This document shows positions 37,093 to 45,359 of a DNA stretch of 64,000 bases, one piece after another. The notes under the pieces are model-generated. The model saw only the letters and a list, made by a program, of their open reading frames with translations. It was not told where the DNA came from and did no database searches. The stretch is from positions 1 to 64,000 of the IMG/VR virus record IMGVR_UViG_3300029258_001308. One strand, 5' to 3'. The position numbers and the translations under genes were made by a program. The stretch comes from a virus. The first letter of the stretch is position 1. Each line of letters begins with the position of its first letter.

Positions 37093-37347
37093 ATGGCCAA
37101 GAAAAAGAAGGCCAAGAAAAAGAAGACCAAGAAGGGCGCCGGCGGCAAGTCGGTGAAGGAGCTCATGGCCGAGCTCGAGAAGTGCAAGGACCCGTCCAAG
37201 GCCAGGAAGTTGCGCAAGCAGCTCCGGGACGCGGGCCACTCGGGCGGACTCGGGAAGCCCAAGGGCGAGAACCTGTCCAAGGCCCGGGCCGCGAAGGGCA
37301 AGAAGAAGAAGGTCAAGAAGACCAAGAAGAGCAAGAAGTCCAAGTAA
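37093..37347 (+). CDS. Small Lys-rich (histone H1-like) protein with LR.LGH.GGL module
   Basis: AAGGAGG RBS; very Lys-rich. Confidence 0.8.
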   Translation: MAKKKKAKKKKTKKGAGGKSVKELMAELEKCKDPSKARKLRKQLRDAGHSGGLGKPKGENLSKARAAKGKKKKVKKTKKSKKSK

Positions 37348-37390
37348 CTCCCCTGACCCAAGCCCTCTCAGACGTCCCTCTGAGTCCAAG

Positions 37391-37420
37391 CCCCTCCTCG
37401 GTTTCAACGCCGAGGAGGGG
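37391..37420 (+). terminator. Hairpin, probable terminator
   Basis: 11-bp stem CCCCTCCTCGG/CCGAGGAGGGG after the stop. Confidence 0.65.
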
Positions 37421-37640
37421 TCCGTTCTGACCCCTCGAAACCTGTAACTAGGTAGAACCCCCGGATAGTTGTCCCGGAGTAAACCCGAGGCCTTCGGCAC
37501 CCCTCGAAAGCCGACTGTGGTGTGTGATTCGTGGAATATAGGGGTGGGGGATTATCGGGAAACGGCGTCCCCCACAGCCCTAGGACGGCGTATAACGCAG
37601 TATACTGAATAGGGCTAATCCTATAATATAGTCAAAATTC

Positions 37641-37671
37641 CCATGGACAAACGTCGAACGGGGGGTATAAT
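37641..37671 (+). promoter_or_regulatory. Promoter CCATGGACAA...TATAAT (16-nt spacer) heading the early gene block
   Basis: Consensus match in an AT-rich intergenic region with extra -10-like hexamers. Confidence 0.75.
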
Positions 37672-37783
37672 ATACATGGTCCACGAGCAGGAGCGACATA
37701 TATGGACACGCGCGGGCAATCCATATACAGCGCCACAGGGGTGGCGACCCCGGGGACCCCCGGACCCGCAGGAGGAGGCGAGC

Positions 37784-37924
37784 ATGGCGAGCACGAGGAA
37801 GCGGCCGAAGCGAAGGAGAGCGAAGGAGTGCGAGGGATGCGGAGCTCGGTACTACAAGCGAACGAAGTACACCGGGTACTGCAAGCACTGCTGCGCCGCC
37901 CACGACGAAGACATGAGGAGCTAG
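37784..37924 (+). CDS. Small Zn-finger protein
   Basis: AGGAGGAGG RBS; CEGC...CKHC. Confidence 0.6.
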   Translation: MASTRKRPKRRRAKECEGCGARYYKRTKYTGYCKHCCAAHDEDMRS

Positions 37925-37957
37925 GGGACATGCGAGCCCCGGAAGGAGGAGCGAACG

Positions 37958-38149
37958 ATGGCAAGGAACGTAGCAGCAGACGCGTACGAGTCGAGACAGC
38001 GAAGGATCAAGGAACTCATCGAGCAGATCGGAGCGAGCCTCAGCTCCCACGAGAAGAGGCATCTCGAGGACTCGAAGAACTGGGGGCTTGTCGGGGACCT
38101 CGCTCACGTCGAGGCCCAGCTTCAGGAAGTAGCCGACTTCATCGAATAG
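37958..38149 (+). CDS. Hypothetical protein
   Basis: AAGGAGG RBS; NWG.VGDL.H motif. Confidence 0.75.
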   Translation: MARNVAADAYESRQRRIKELIEQIGASLSSHEKRHLEDSKNWGLVGDLAHVEAQLQEVADFIE

Positions 38150-38181
38150 GGGACGAGCGAGCCCCGGAGAGGAGAGCAGGG

Positions 38182-38394
38182 ATGTCCGAGTTCATTCTCA
38201 ACGCCGAACTGGTCGGGGTCGAGAAGGACGGGATGCAGCAGTGGCGGGTTGAGGACCCGCCCTCCGATCATCTCGACACATTGTTCATTCGGCCCGCTCA
38301 GTCGAAGCGGGGAGTCAAGGTTGGAGACAAGGGAGTACTCGAGTTCCGGAGCTCGGCAAGCTTCGGGCTCTGGTACGTCCGGGAACTTCTCTAG
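38182..38394 (+). CDS. Hypothetical protein
   Basis: AGGAG RBS. Confidence 0.65.
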   Translation: MSEFILNAELVGVEKDGMQQWRVEDPPSDHLDTLFIRPAQSKRGVKVGDKGVLEFRSSASFGLWYVRELL

Positions 38395-38411
38395 AAAGGG
38401 AGGAGACGAAG

Positions 38412-38954
38412 ATGGCAGAGAAGAAAAAGAAGCAGAAGCTATCGGCCCAGGTCCGGGCAAGGATCGAGGCCAAGGTGGACAAGATCATCAGGATGAAGAA
38501 GGGAGCGGACAGGAAGACCGGCATGCTCGAGCTGGCCGTAACATACGAGACGCCCGAGCTGGTCGAGTACCTCGAGCGAATCCTCGAGGCCGAGAAGGAG
38601 CGCAAGGGATTCGGGAAGAACAAGGAAGTGATCAGCATCACCCGCAACAAGATCAAGGCCCTCAGCAAACTCGGCAAGAAGAAGAAGAAGAAGTCCAAGA
38701 AGCTCAAGCTCAAGCGCAAGCGGATGAAGGACTTCGAGACTCCAGGCGACTACTACGCCTACCAGGTCGAGCACTGGCAGAAGAAGCTCGACAGCTGGAA
38801 CCGGGGGAAGAAGGCGAGGAGAAGCAAGAAGCTGACGAAGGCCGAGAAGGTCAGAGCCGCACTGGTCGAGTACAAGAACGACCCGGACGTGCGGGACATC
38901 TTCGACGACATCACGATCAAGAACCCGGGCAAGGTTGCCGACGGAGAGGAGTAG
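38412..38954 (+). CDS. Basic hypothetical protein
   Basis: GGAGG RBS; Lys-rich. Confidence 0.75.
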   Translation: MAEKKKKQKLSAQVRARIEAKVDKIIRMKKGADRKTGMLELAVTYETPELVEYLERILEAEKERKGFGKNKEVISITRNKIKALSKLGKKKKKKSKKLKLKRKRMKDFETPGDYYAYQVEHWQKKLDSWNRGKKARRSKKLTKAEKVRAALVEYKNDPDVRDIFDDITIKNPGKVADGEE

Positions 38955-38958
38955 GAAG

Positions 38959-39375
38959 ATGGCACGAGACCCAATAGCCAGACGGCGCATCTGCAAATCG
39001 AAGAAGCGCAAGAAGAGAAAGGACCCGGAGGCGGAGAAGCAGAAGAGGGCCGCCAAGAAACTCGACAAGGGTCGAAAGGACACTGCGCGCGAGGAGCGGA
39101 TGGAGCGGAGTCTCGCCAAGATCAAGGAGGCGAAGGACGGGCTACTCGACGTTCGGAAGCTGCTCGTCCTCACCGACAAGCTTCTGACGAAGAAGATCGC
39201 AAGGTACAACGAACTTGGCGTCGAGATCGATGAGCACGAGGAAACGCTCAAGAAACTTCCCGACAGGATCAGAGAAAGGAGGGACGAGTACCGCCAGACA
39301 ATCTACGAGTTCATCGACGATTTCCCGGAGCACGTCGAGATACTAGGTCTCGACGACGAAGAGGGAGACAAGTAG
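38959..39375 (+). CDS. Basic coiled-coil hypothetical protein
   Basis: AGGAG RBS. Confidence 0.7.
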   Translation: MARDPIARRRICKSKKRKKRKDPEAEKQKRAAKKLDKGRKDTAREERMERSLAKIKEAKDGLLDVRKLLVLTDKLLTKKIARYNELGVEIDEHEETLKKLPDRIRERRDEYRQTIYEFIDDFPEHVEILGLDDEEGDK

Positions 39376-39634
39376 GATGCCCGGATATACGGTGGCCAAG
39401 TGGGTTGGACTCAAGCCCGAGATACTCGGATACCTATATGCCGGGACTAGGAAGGCTGCAGTCAGGAAGGCGGGTCGCCTGACGGGTCTCAGCACATCAT
39501 CTCTCGACGACCCGCATGTTTCTCTCACCCCCTTCGGGGCGAGAGGAGGACCACGAGGATACGTAGTTCGCCACGCAATGGCGCGTGGCAACTTGGATGA
39601 CGAGGCCTCAGAGGCCCGAAGAAAGGTGGACGAG

Positions 39635-39928
39635 ATGAAGATGAAGAAGACGAAGAAGACGGAGAAGAAGGGCAAGGAGAAGAAGGCCACGAAGAAGGCG
39701 GCGAAGAAGACAGCGAAGAAACCCGCCGCCAAGAAGACCGCGGCCAAGAAGCCGGCGGCGAAGAAGCCCGCCAAGAAGGCCGCGAAGAAGACAACGGCCA
39801 AGGGCGACAAGGCCCAGATCGCCGACCTGGTCAAGCAGCTCGGGAAGTGCAAGGACGACCAGAAGGCGAAGAACATCCGCCGCAAGCTCCGCAAGCTGGG
39901 GCACAAGGGCGGCCTCCGGAAGAAGTAG
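39635..39928 (+). CDS. Histone H1-like (KKPAA/KKAA repeat) protein with LR.LGH.GGL module
   Basis: KKAAKKTAKKPAAKK repeats. Confidence 0.8.
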   Translation: MKMKKTKKTEKKGKEKKATKKAAKKTAKKPAAKKTAAKKPAAKKPAKKAAKKTTAKGDKAQIADLVKQLGKCKDDQKAKNIRRKLRKLGHKGGLRKK

Positions 39929-39947
39929 CCGCGGGCCTTCCACGGTC

Positions 39948-39969
39948 GGGCCTTCCTTCGGGAGGGCCC
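39948..39969 (+). terminator. UUCG-tetraloop hairpin
   Basis: GGGCCTTCC-TTCG-GGAGGGCCC after the stop. Confidence 0.6.
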
Positions 39970-40023
39970 CTCCGTGGCGAGTCCGGGTAGTCCGGGCCAA
40001 GCCTAGAGAAAGGGAGGACGAAC

Positions 40024-40518
40024 ATGGCATTCGAAAGAGGGGAGCTCACTGCCGAGGAATTCAAGAAATTCATCCTCGCGGGTCGAGCTATCGTCACCAT
40101 CGAGAACGAGGAGAGCCGTGGTCGCTTCACCTATCGAGTGAAGCACAAGAAAGGAGCCGGGGAACACGGGCCGTACTTCGTTGCGGTCCTTGCAGGGCCT
40201 GACAACAATCACCACTATATGTACATCGGGACCCTCTGGTATGGAAGAGGAGGGCACTACGACTACAAGCACGAGGGCGGGTTCGTCCCGGACCTATACT
40301 TCAGGCACTCGCCCAAGAGCCGGGTGGGCAAAGAGACGGCAACCTTCCAGAGCTTCCTCTGGGTTACCAAGAGGCTGAACGCCACGAGCCCTGATCGTCC
40401 GTGGCCTCCACATATCAAGCTCTACCACGAAGGACGGTGCGGAAGATGCGGGAGACGGCTAACCGTCCCCGAGTCAATCAAGGCGGGCTACGGCCCGGAG
40501 TGTATCCAGTTCGTATAG
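40024..40518 (+). CDS. DUF6011-like protein
   Basis: FILAG.A..T...RFTY.V, L.GPDN, HEGRCGRCGRRLTVPESI..GYGPEC. Confidence 0.8.
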   Translation: MAFERGELTAEEFKKFILAGRAIVTIENEESRGRFTYRVKHKKGAGEHGPYFVAVLAGPDNNHHYMYIGTLWYGRGGHYDYKHEGGFVPDLYFRHSPKSRVGKETATFQSFLWVTKRLNATSPDRPWPPHIKLYHEGRCGRCGRRLTVPESIKAGYGPECIQFV

Positions 40519-40530
40519 GAGAGAGGGACC

Positions 40531-40869
40531 ATGGCCAAGAAGAAGACGAAGAAGAAGAAGGCGAGCGACAAGGATAAGCGGGTGAAGATCCTGGGGGAGG
40601 CGCTGAGCTTGAGCCCGGTGGATTTCCGCTGGCTACTGGACGAGCTCATCAGTACATCGAAGAGTCGCCGCAGAGCCAACAACATGATGGCCGCAGCGGA
40701 CCTCTACCCTGGAGCCAAGGTCAAGTGGACGGGTCCGGAGAAGCGGGGATTCAAGGTCGGGATGAAGGGCATGGTAACGAAGGTGGGCCGCACGCGGGTC
40801 CACGTTGACTTCGGCGGCACGAAGGGCATCTGGAAGGTCGGTGCCAATTTCCTGGAGAAGGACGAGTAG
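40531..40869 (+). CDS. Hypothetical protein with C-terminal SH3-like barrel
   Basis: GAKVKW...GMVTKVGRTRVHVDF...WKV. Confidence 0.7.
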   Translation: MAKKKTKKKKASDKDKRVKILGEALSLSPVDFRWLLDELISTSKSRRRANNMMAAADLYPGAKVKWTGPEKRGFKVGMKGMVTKVGRTRVHVDFGGTKGIWKVGANFLEKDE

Positions 40870-40904
40870 GACTTGAGCCACAGGCTCAGAAAGGGAGGAC
40901 AGTC

Positions 40905-41234
40905 ATGGCAGGATTCGATGCGGACAAGATGAAGAAGATCAAGGAGGTGGACCTGGACGGGATCGTCATCTCGGTCTCGACCTACGACAACGGTCCCGCT
41001 AAGGTCGGGATCAATCGTTACTACGCGAAGCAGGGAGACGACGGGAAGGAGGAGATCAGGTTCAGGAAGCTTGGGCGCCTCTCGACCGAGGAGGCCAAGG
41101 GTATCGTGGAGTTCTTGCCGGAGTTGATCGAGGTCGCTGAGGCGGCGAACGCCAAGGGCGGCGGCAAGAAGGGCAGCAAGAAGAAGGCGAAGAAGAAGGG
41201 CGGCAAGAAGAAGAGCCGCGGAAAGGACAAGTAA
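40905..41234 (+). CDS. PC4/YdbC-like ssDNA-binding protein with Lys-rich tail
   Basis: ISVSTYDNGPAKVGINR...FRKLGRLS.EE. Confidence 0.65.
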   Translation: MAGFDADKMKKIKEVDLDGIVISVSTYDNGPAKVGINRYYAKQGDDGKEEIRFRKLGRLSTEEAKGIVEFLPELIEVAEAANAKGGGKKGSKKKAKKKGGKKKSRGKDK

Positions 41235-41236
41235 CA

Positions 41237-41542
41237 ATGCCCTCTAACGGGAAGCCAATCTACTCCGGCAGCGACGACGAGTTGCTAGCCATAGCCCACA
41301 AGTCGACTCCAGCGGAGATCGACCTTGGGCTGGGGCGCCCGGACAAAGAGGTCAGAATGGGGGCGCTGGTCAACGCTAAGTTGATGGTAGCGCACCTCGT
41401 GGCTTCGGCTCTCCAAGCCTTCTCCAACGGGGACGAAGACATGGAGGTCCGAGTACAGGCCGAGGATGTCTTGGACGACATGCTCGAAATCGTCGAGCAG
41501 TCCCAGGAGGCAATGAGCCGCCGCGGGATTTCTCACAAGTAA
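41237..41542 (+). CDS. Hypothetical protein
   Basis: Coupled ORF. Confidence 0.6.
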   Translation: MPSNGKPIYSGSDDELLAIAHKSTPAEIDLGLGRPDKEVRMGALVNAKLMVAHLVASALQAFSNGDEDMEVRVQAEDVLDDMLEIVEQSQEAMSRRGISHK

Positions 41543-41552
41543 GGGGAGGGTC

Positions 41553-41807
41553 ATGGCAACGAACGGGACGATTGAACACGTCGGGGTTGTGGAGCGGGCC
41601 AACGAGGCGGCCCGGAACAAAAGGATCACAAGGAAGGAGGCGATCAAAGTACTGCAGCGTCTGATGCCCGGGTGCTACAAGCAGAGCGACTTCCGCTCGG
41701 CGGACATGGTCAGGCGGGAGCTGAGGCTCCTGCTCAAGCTCTCGCCACTCCAGCTTCGCCGCCGGAGGAGGAGAGCCATGGCGAGGAAGGGAGGGAGCCG
41801 TGGCTAA
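41553..41807 (+). CDS. Basic hypothetical protein
   Basis: GGAGG RBS. Confidence 0.6.
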   Translation: MATNGTIEHVGVVERANEAARNKRITRKEAIKVLQRLMPGCYKQSDFRSADMVRRELRLLLKLSPLQLRRRRRRAMARKGGSRG

Positions 41808-42747
41808 GCGGAGACGCAAGCCGCTATCAGAGGCCGAGAAGCAGAAGAGGAAGGACCGTCGACGTGCTAGCAAAGAGAGGAGGGCCGAACGAGACGAGAT
41901 CGCCAGGCAGCACAAGGTAGCTCAGCGACAGAAGAGCCTGGAGCGAAAGACGAACTACAAGCTCCAGGTTCTCAGCAAGCTGCCGGCCCAACGAATCCGT
42001 GATCTCATCCAACGGTGCGATGTCTGGACAGCACCGTACGGGTTGGCCTCGAAGATCATAGCTCGAGCCTTCCCGAAGTTGTACAAGATGGGTCTCCGGT
42101 TCACGTCAGGACATGGTCTGGTCACCGAGCTCAGAGCGATCGGGGCATGTCGACCCACCAGGCTATCCATCGCGACCGAGCGGTACGACAAGGAGACCAA
42201 GAAACTTTCAACAGTCATCGCTCGGGAGGGTGAGATACCGCTGAGCGGACTCACCATCTATCGAGAACTCTACGACGAAGACCCTCCCGTCAACAAGCCC
42301 GAGTTCATCGGGATGAAGGCGGTCTACAAGTATCAACTCCTAATCTGGATCACTCAGAAGACCACGCCCAGTGGACTCATGTACACGTCGTTCGATCGAG
42401 CCAACAAGGTTCTTCATGCCCAGAGCCAGGCCCAGTTAGACGAGGCGTTGGAAGGAAGGGGCTTCTGGAAGACCTGGCTGTCATCGGCTGCTGGAGCCGA
42501 GGCAGGTGTTCGAGTATCTGGCGGGAAGGTGAAGCGGGCTCGATCCAAGGGCGGGGCCATAGCCAAGGATGGCACGAACCTCGAGATGTTGACAGTCGAG
42601 GAACTCCTCAAGCGAAAGGAGAAGGTGGGCAAGACCGAGCAACGAAAGATACGGCGGCTTCTCCGGGCTCGAGGACACTCGATCAGGAACACGGAGAAGG
42701 GGGGCGGCAAGAAGAAGAAGACAGGGGGAAGGAAGGAGAAGAAGTAA
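41800..42747 (+). CDS. Basic hypothetical protein with C-terminal LR.xGH module
   Basis: GGAGG RBS; long ORF. Confidence 0.7.
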   Translation: MAKRRRKPLSEAEKQKRKDRRRASKERRAERDEIARQHKVAQRQKSLERKTNYKLQVLSKLPAQRIRDLIQRCDVWTAPYGLASKIIARAFPKLYKMGLRFTSGHGLVTELRAIGACRPTRLSIATERYDKETKKLSTVIAREGEIPLSGLTIYRELYDEDPPVNKPEFIGMKAVYKYQLLIWITQKTTPSGLMYTSFDRANKVLHAQSQAQLDEALEGRGFWKTWLSSAAGAEAGVRVSGGKVKRARSKGGAIAKDGTNLEMLTVEELLKRKEKVGKTEQRKIRRLLRARGHSIRNTEKGGGKKKKTGGRKEKK

Positions 42748-43280
42748 TGCCCTACGGTCCTCCGCCATTCGAGATCATTACACATCAAGCATATCAGATG
42801 ATCGCTGAGTGTATGGCTAAGCAGGAGATGGGCTACTCCTTTCTCAGCGACGTCCCCCACATACTCGGGAAGGAGATGGAAAAGCGTGGGGTCTCGGAGA
42901 CCCAGGCCCGACGCATCTGGGAACTGGAAGTGGTCAACTGGCGGCTAGAGTTACGTCAGAAGCCCATGATCACATGGCGATACACGGAAGAGATATTCGT
43001 CTGGGTCAAGAGCAGACTGAAGGGGAACAAGAAGGTTCACTTCGTGATGCGTCGGAGAAGGAAGAACCCATTCTTCAGCGAGGTTGAGATCGGCCGAGAC
43101 CTCGCACTTCTCAAGCGCCTCAAGAAACACAAGCCCAAGAAGCAGAAGTCCAAGACCCCGAAGAAGGACAAGGTCAAGAGACTTCGAGCAGAACTCGAGG
43201 CCGCTACCTCGCAGAAAGACAAGCGAGCACTCCGCCGCAAGTTGCGGAGGCTCGGGCACAAGGGGGGTCTGGGGTCCTAG
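42747..43280 (+). CDS. Hypothetical protein with C-terminal LR.LGH.GGL module
   Basis: TAATG coupling; last gene of the plus-strand arm. Confidence 0.7.
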   Translation: MPYGPPPFEIITHQAYQMIAECMAKQEMGYSFLSDVPHILGKEMEKRGVSETQARRIWELEVVNWRLELRQKPMITWRYTEEIFVWVKSRLKGNKKVHFVMRRRRKNPFFSEVEIGRDLALLKRLKKHKPKKQKSKTPKKDKVKRLRAELEAATSQKDKRALRRKLRRLGHKGGLGS

Positions 43281-43347
43281 CCCCAGGCCCCTCGCGGGCT
43301 TCCCCTCGAACATCACTAATACAGTATATATCCCAAGTAGGAATCAA

Positions 43348-43464
43348 GCCGTATACGGCCGTATAAGGCCTGCGTTTTTTCCTCCCGTCAAATCACACCG
43401 GGACCTGGAAGAACGGCCGTACGCTACGCCGTACGGCTAGCCCGTAACGGCCCTGCTACGCCGT
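43348..43464. repeat. Palindromic GCCGTA-containing repeats in the convergence region (possible bidirectional terminator or binding sites)
   Basis: GCCGTATACGGC at 43348-43359; T6 at 43375-43380; GCCGTACGGC at 43428-43437. Confidence 0.55.
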
Positions 43465-43527
43465 CCACGAGGACCGTTCCGGGGTCCGGTATCCGAGGGG
43501 TCTATATACCGGTAAGGTTATACCTAT

Positions 43528-44406
43528 TTAGTCGAGGGGTCCCAGGTCCTTCCCCAGGTCCTGGACCTCGTCGAGGGTTGCAGCCACGGTCCCGTGATGT
43601 CGGACAACAGCGGCCGCTGCGAGGTTGGCGAACTTCACGGCCTCGGGTAGAATGACCCCGCGCTCAAGCTGAACAGCCAGAGCAGCGATCACGGTATCTC
43701 CCGCGCCCGTTACGTCGAACACTTCTACCTGATGACCGGGACAGTGGCCACTCGAGCCCTGGTCATACCAGAAGATGCCGTTGGAGCCGTCGGTCACGAT
43801 GGCTCGTGTCTCCCATAACTTGGCCAGAGCCTCGGCGCACTCGTCAGCCCGGGCCATCCGGTAGCGGTGACCGAGCATGACGCGTGCTTCGTGCTTGTTG
43901 GGCTTCAGGTAGGTCAAGCCCTTCAGAGCGGGGGTGATTCGCTTAGGATCAACGATCGTTGGAATCCCTCGGCTCTTTAGGGACTCGATCAGCTCGTCTG
44001 TAACTATCCCGTGCTGGTAGTCCTGAAGGATCACGAACCTTGTATCTTCGATCAGGTCCTCAGGTATCTCAGTGATGCCCGTGTTCTCTCTGGCCCTGTC
44101 GATACGACACACTACTTGACGGTCGGCTACTATCCTCTGCTTGACCGTAGTCTGACCGGGGATTCGAGTGAAGTCGCACTTGAGTAAGGACTCGAGTCGG
44201 AGCCCGTCCTCGTCGAGGTCCCAGGCTCCAAGGAGACGTGACTTGCCTCCGAGAGTCCGGACATTCTGAGCCACGTTGGCCGCACCGCCAGCCATGTACT
44301 CGTGGTGCTTTGGATAGAGGACGGGTACGGGAGCCGTGGGCTCCAGCCTTCCCGCCATGTGGTGAGAGAAGATGTCCAGGATAGCATCGCCGATTGTCAG
44401 GATCAT
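43528..44406 (-). CDS. HldE/RfaE domain I-like heptose-7-phosphate kinase (PfkB family)
   Basis: IGD.ILD, APVPV, GGAANVA.N, TTVKQR, LQDY.HG, VDPK, KPN..EA, VFDVTGAGDTV. Confidence 0.9.
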   Translation of the reverse strand: MILTIGDAILDIFSHHMAGRLEPTAPVPVLYPKHHEYMAGGAANVAQNVRTLGGKSRLLGAWDLDEDGLRLESLLKCDFTRIPGQTTVKQRIVADRQVVCRIDRARENTGITEIPEDLIEDTRFVILQDYQHGIVTDELIESLKSRGIPTIVDPKRITPALKGLTYLKPNKHEARVMLGHRYRMARADECAEALAKLWETRAIVTDGSNGIFWYDQGSSGHCPGHQVEVFDVTGAGDTVIAALAVQLERGVILPEAVKFANLAAAAVVRHHGTVAATLDEVQDLGKDLGPLD

Positions 44407-45359
44407 GAGTACGCCCTCAGCATCTGAATGGCCATAAGGAAAACCTGCTCTGGCTCGATCGCGTTGAGAATCGAGCACCCAGACTGACGACACTTGCCAG
44501 AAATCTCTTTGGGAGGAAGCAGCTGACACGGAGGCTTGCAGCCTTCACGATGCTCGGTGATCGGGAAGATGGGATGCGTCTTTCGATACGGGTGACAGGT
44601 AACCCATCCGTTAGTGGACCCGAATAGAGATAGAGTCGGGACATCCAAGAAAGATGCAAAGTGAAGAAGCCCCGAGTCGGGTGTGATCATGAGCGAGCAG
44701 CGTTGAATAAGAGAGGCCACCTTCGTGAAGGAGAGCCGCATGGCCAACGCTCCGGGGAAGTTCCTTAGACGACGTGGTACATGGTCGAACGAGATGATGT
44801 TGAGGCCGGCCTTGTCGAGAAGCTCGGCCAGCTTCCTCCACTTCTCCGGCGGCCAATTCCTGAGAGGATCGGTTGAGTACGGTTCGAGCCCTACGACGAT
44901 GCCGTGCGTGTTGACCCAGTTACCGTCGAGCCAGCCTTGAGCCCAGTTCTTCTCGGCCTCGGTTACCCGATAGCAGTCGACCACAAGGGGAACGTCGTAG
45001 ATGTCCGAGGCCTCACAGAAACATCTGATCCTTGACTTGTGTCGTTTCTCTCGGAACTCCTTCTCATGTGCCCAGCCGGGACAGTACAGGGAATAGGTGG
45101 CGTCGGCATCATCGGTCTCTTTGAGGTATGGGTATCGCTCGGAGTCGAACGGTCCGTCCTGGGGGCGGCGACGATGGATCGAGGTCTCTGACCAACGATC
45201 TACGTACGGGCAGTGCTCGACGAGTTCTCGGTAGGTCCGGATGCCGACGTACGTGATCTCGACATCAGGCTGTCTAAGCTTCCAGCCCTTGGCCACCGGG
45301 AGTGTGCAGAGAACGTCGCCTAACCCGCCGGCTTCTCTGAGGAGTCGCACCTTGTACAA
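44403..45359 (-). CDS. GT9 (ADP-heptose:LPS heptosyltransferase-like) glycosyltransferase
   Basis: GGLGDVL, RNWP.EKW, ITPDSGLLHFA, TLSLFGST, C-terminal Cys cluster. Confidence 0.9.
   Translation of the reverse strand: MYKVRLLREAGGLGDVLCTLPVAKGWKLRQPDVEITYVGIRTYRELVEHCPYVDRWSETSIHRRRPQDGPFDSERYPYLKETDDADATYSLYCPGWAHEKEFREKRHKSRIRCFCEASDIYDVPLVVDCYRVTEAEKNWAQGWLDGNWVNTHGIVVGLEPYSTDPLRNWPPEKWRKLAELLDKAGLNIISFDHVPRRLRNFPGALAMRLSFTKVASLIQRCSLMITPDSGLLHFASFLDVPTLSLFGSTNGWVTCHPYRKTHPIFPITEHREGCKPPCQLLPPKEISGKCRQSGCSILNAIEPEQVFLMAIQMLRAYS

Noticed and set aside
37350-37640. tRNA or structured RNA in the long intergenic gap
   Set aside because: No cloverleaf or T-loop consensus found; only a terminator hairpin and promoter-like elements.
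39377-39634. N-terminal extension of the histone-like ORF, or an ncRNA
   Set aside because: A better RBS precedes 39635, codon use upstream is atypical, and no recognisable RNA structure could be supported.
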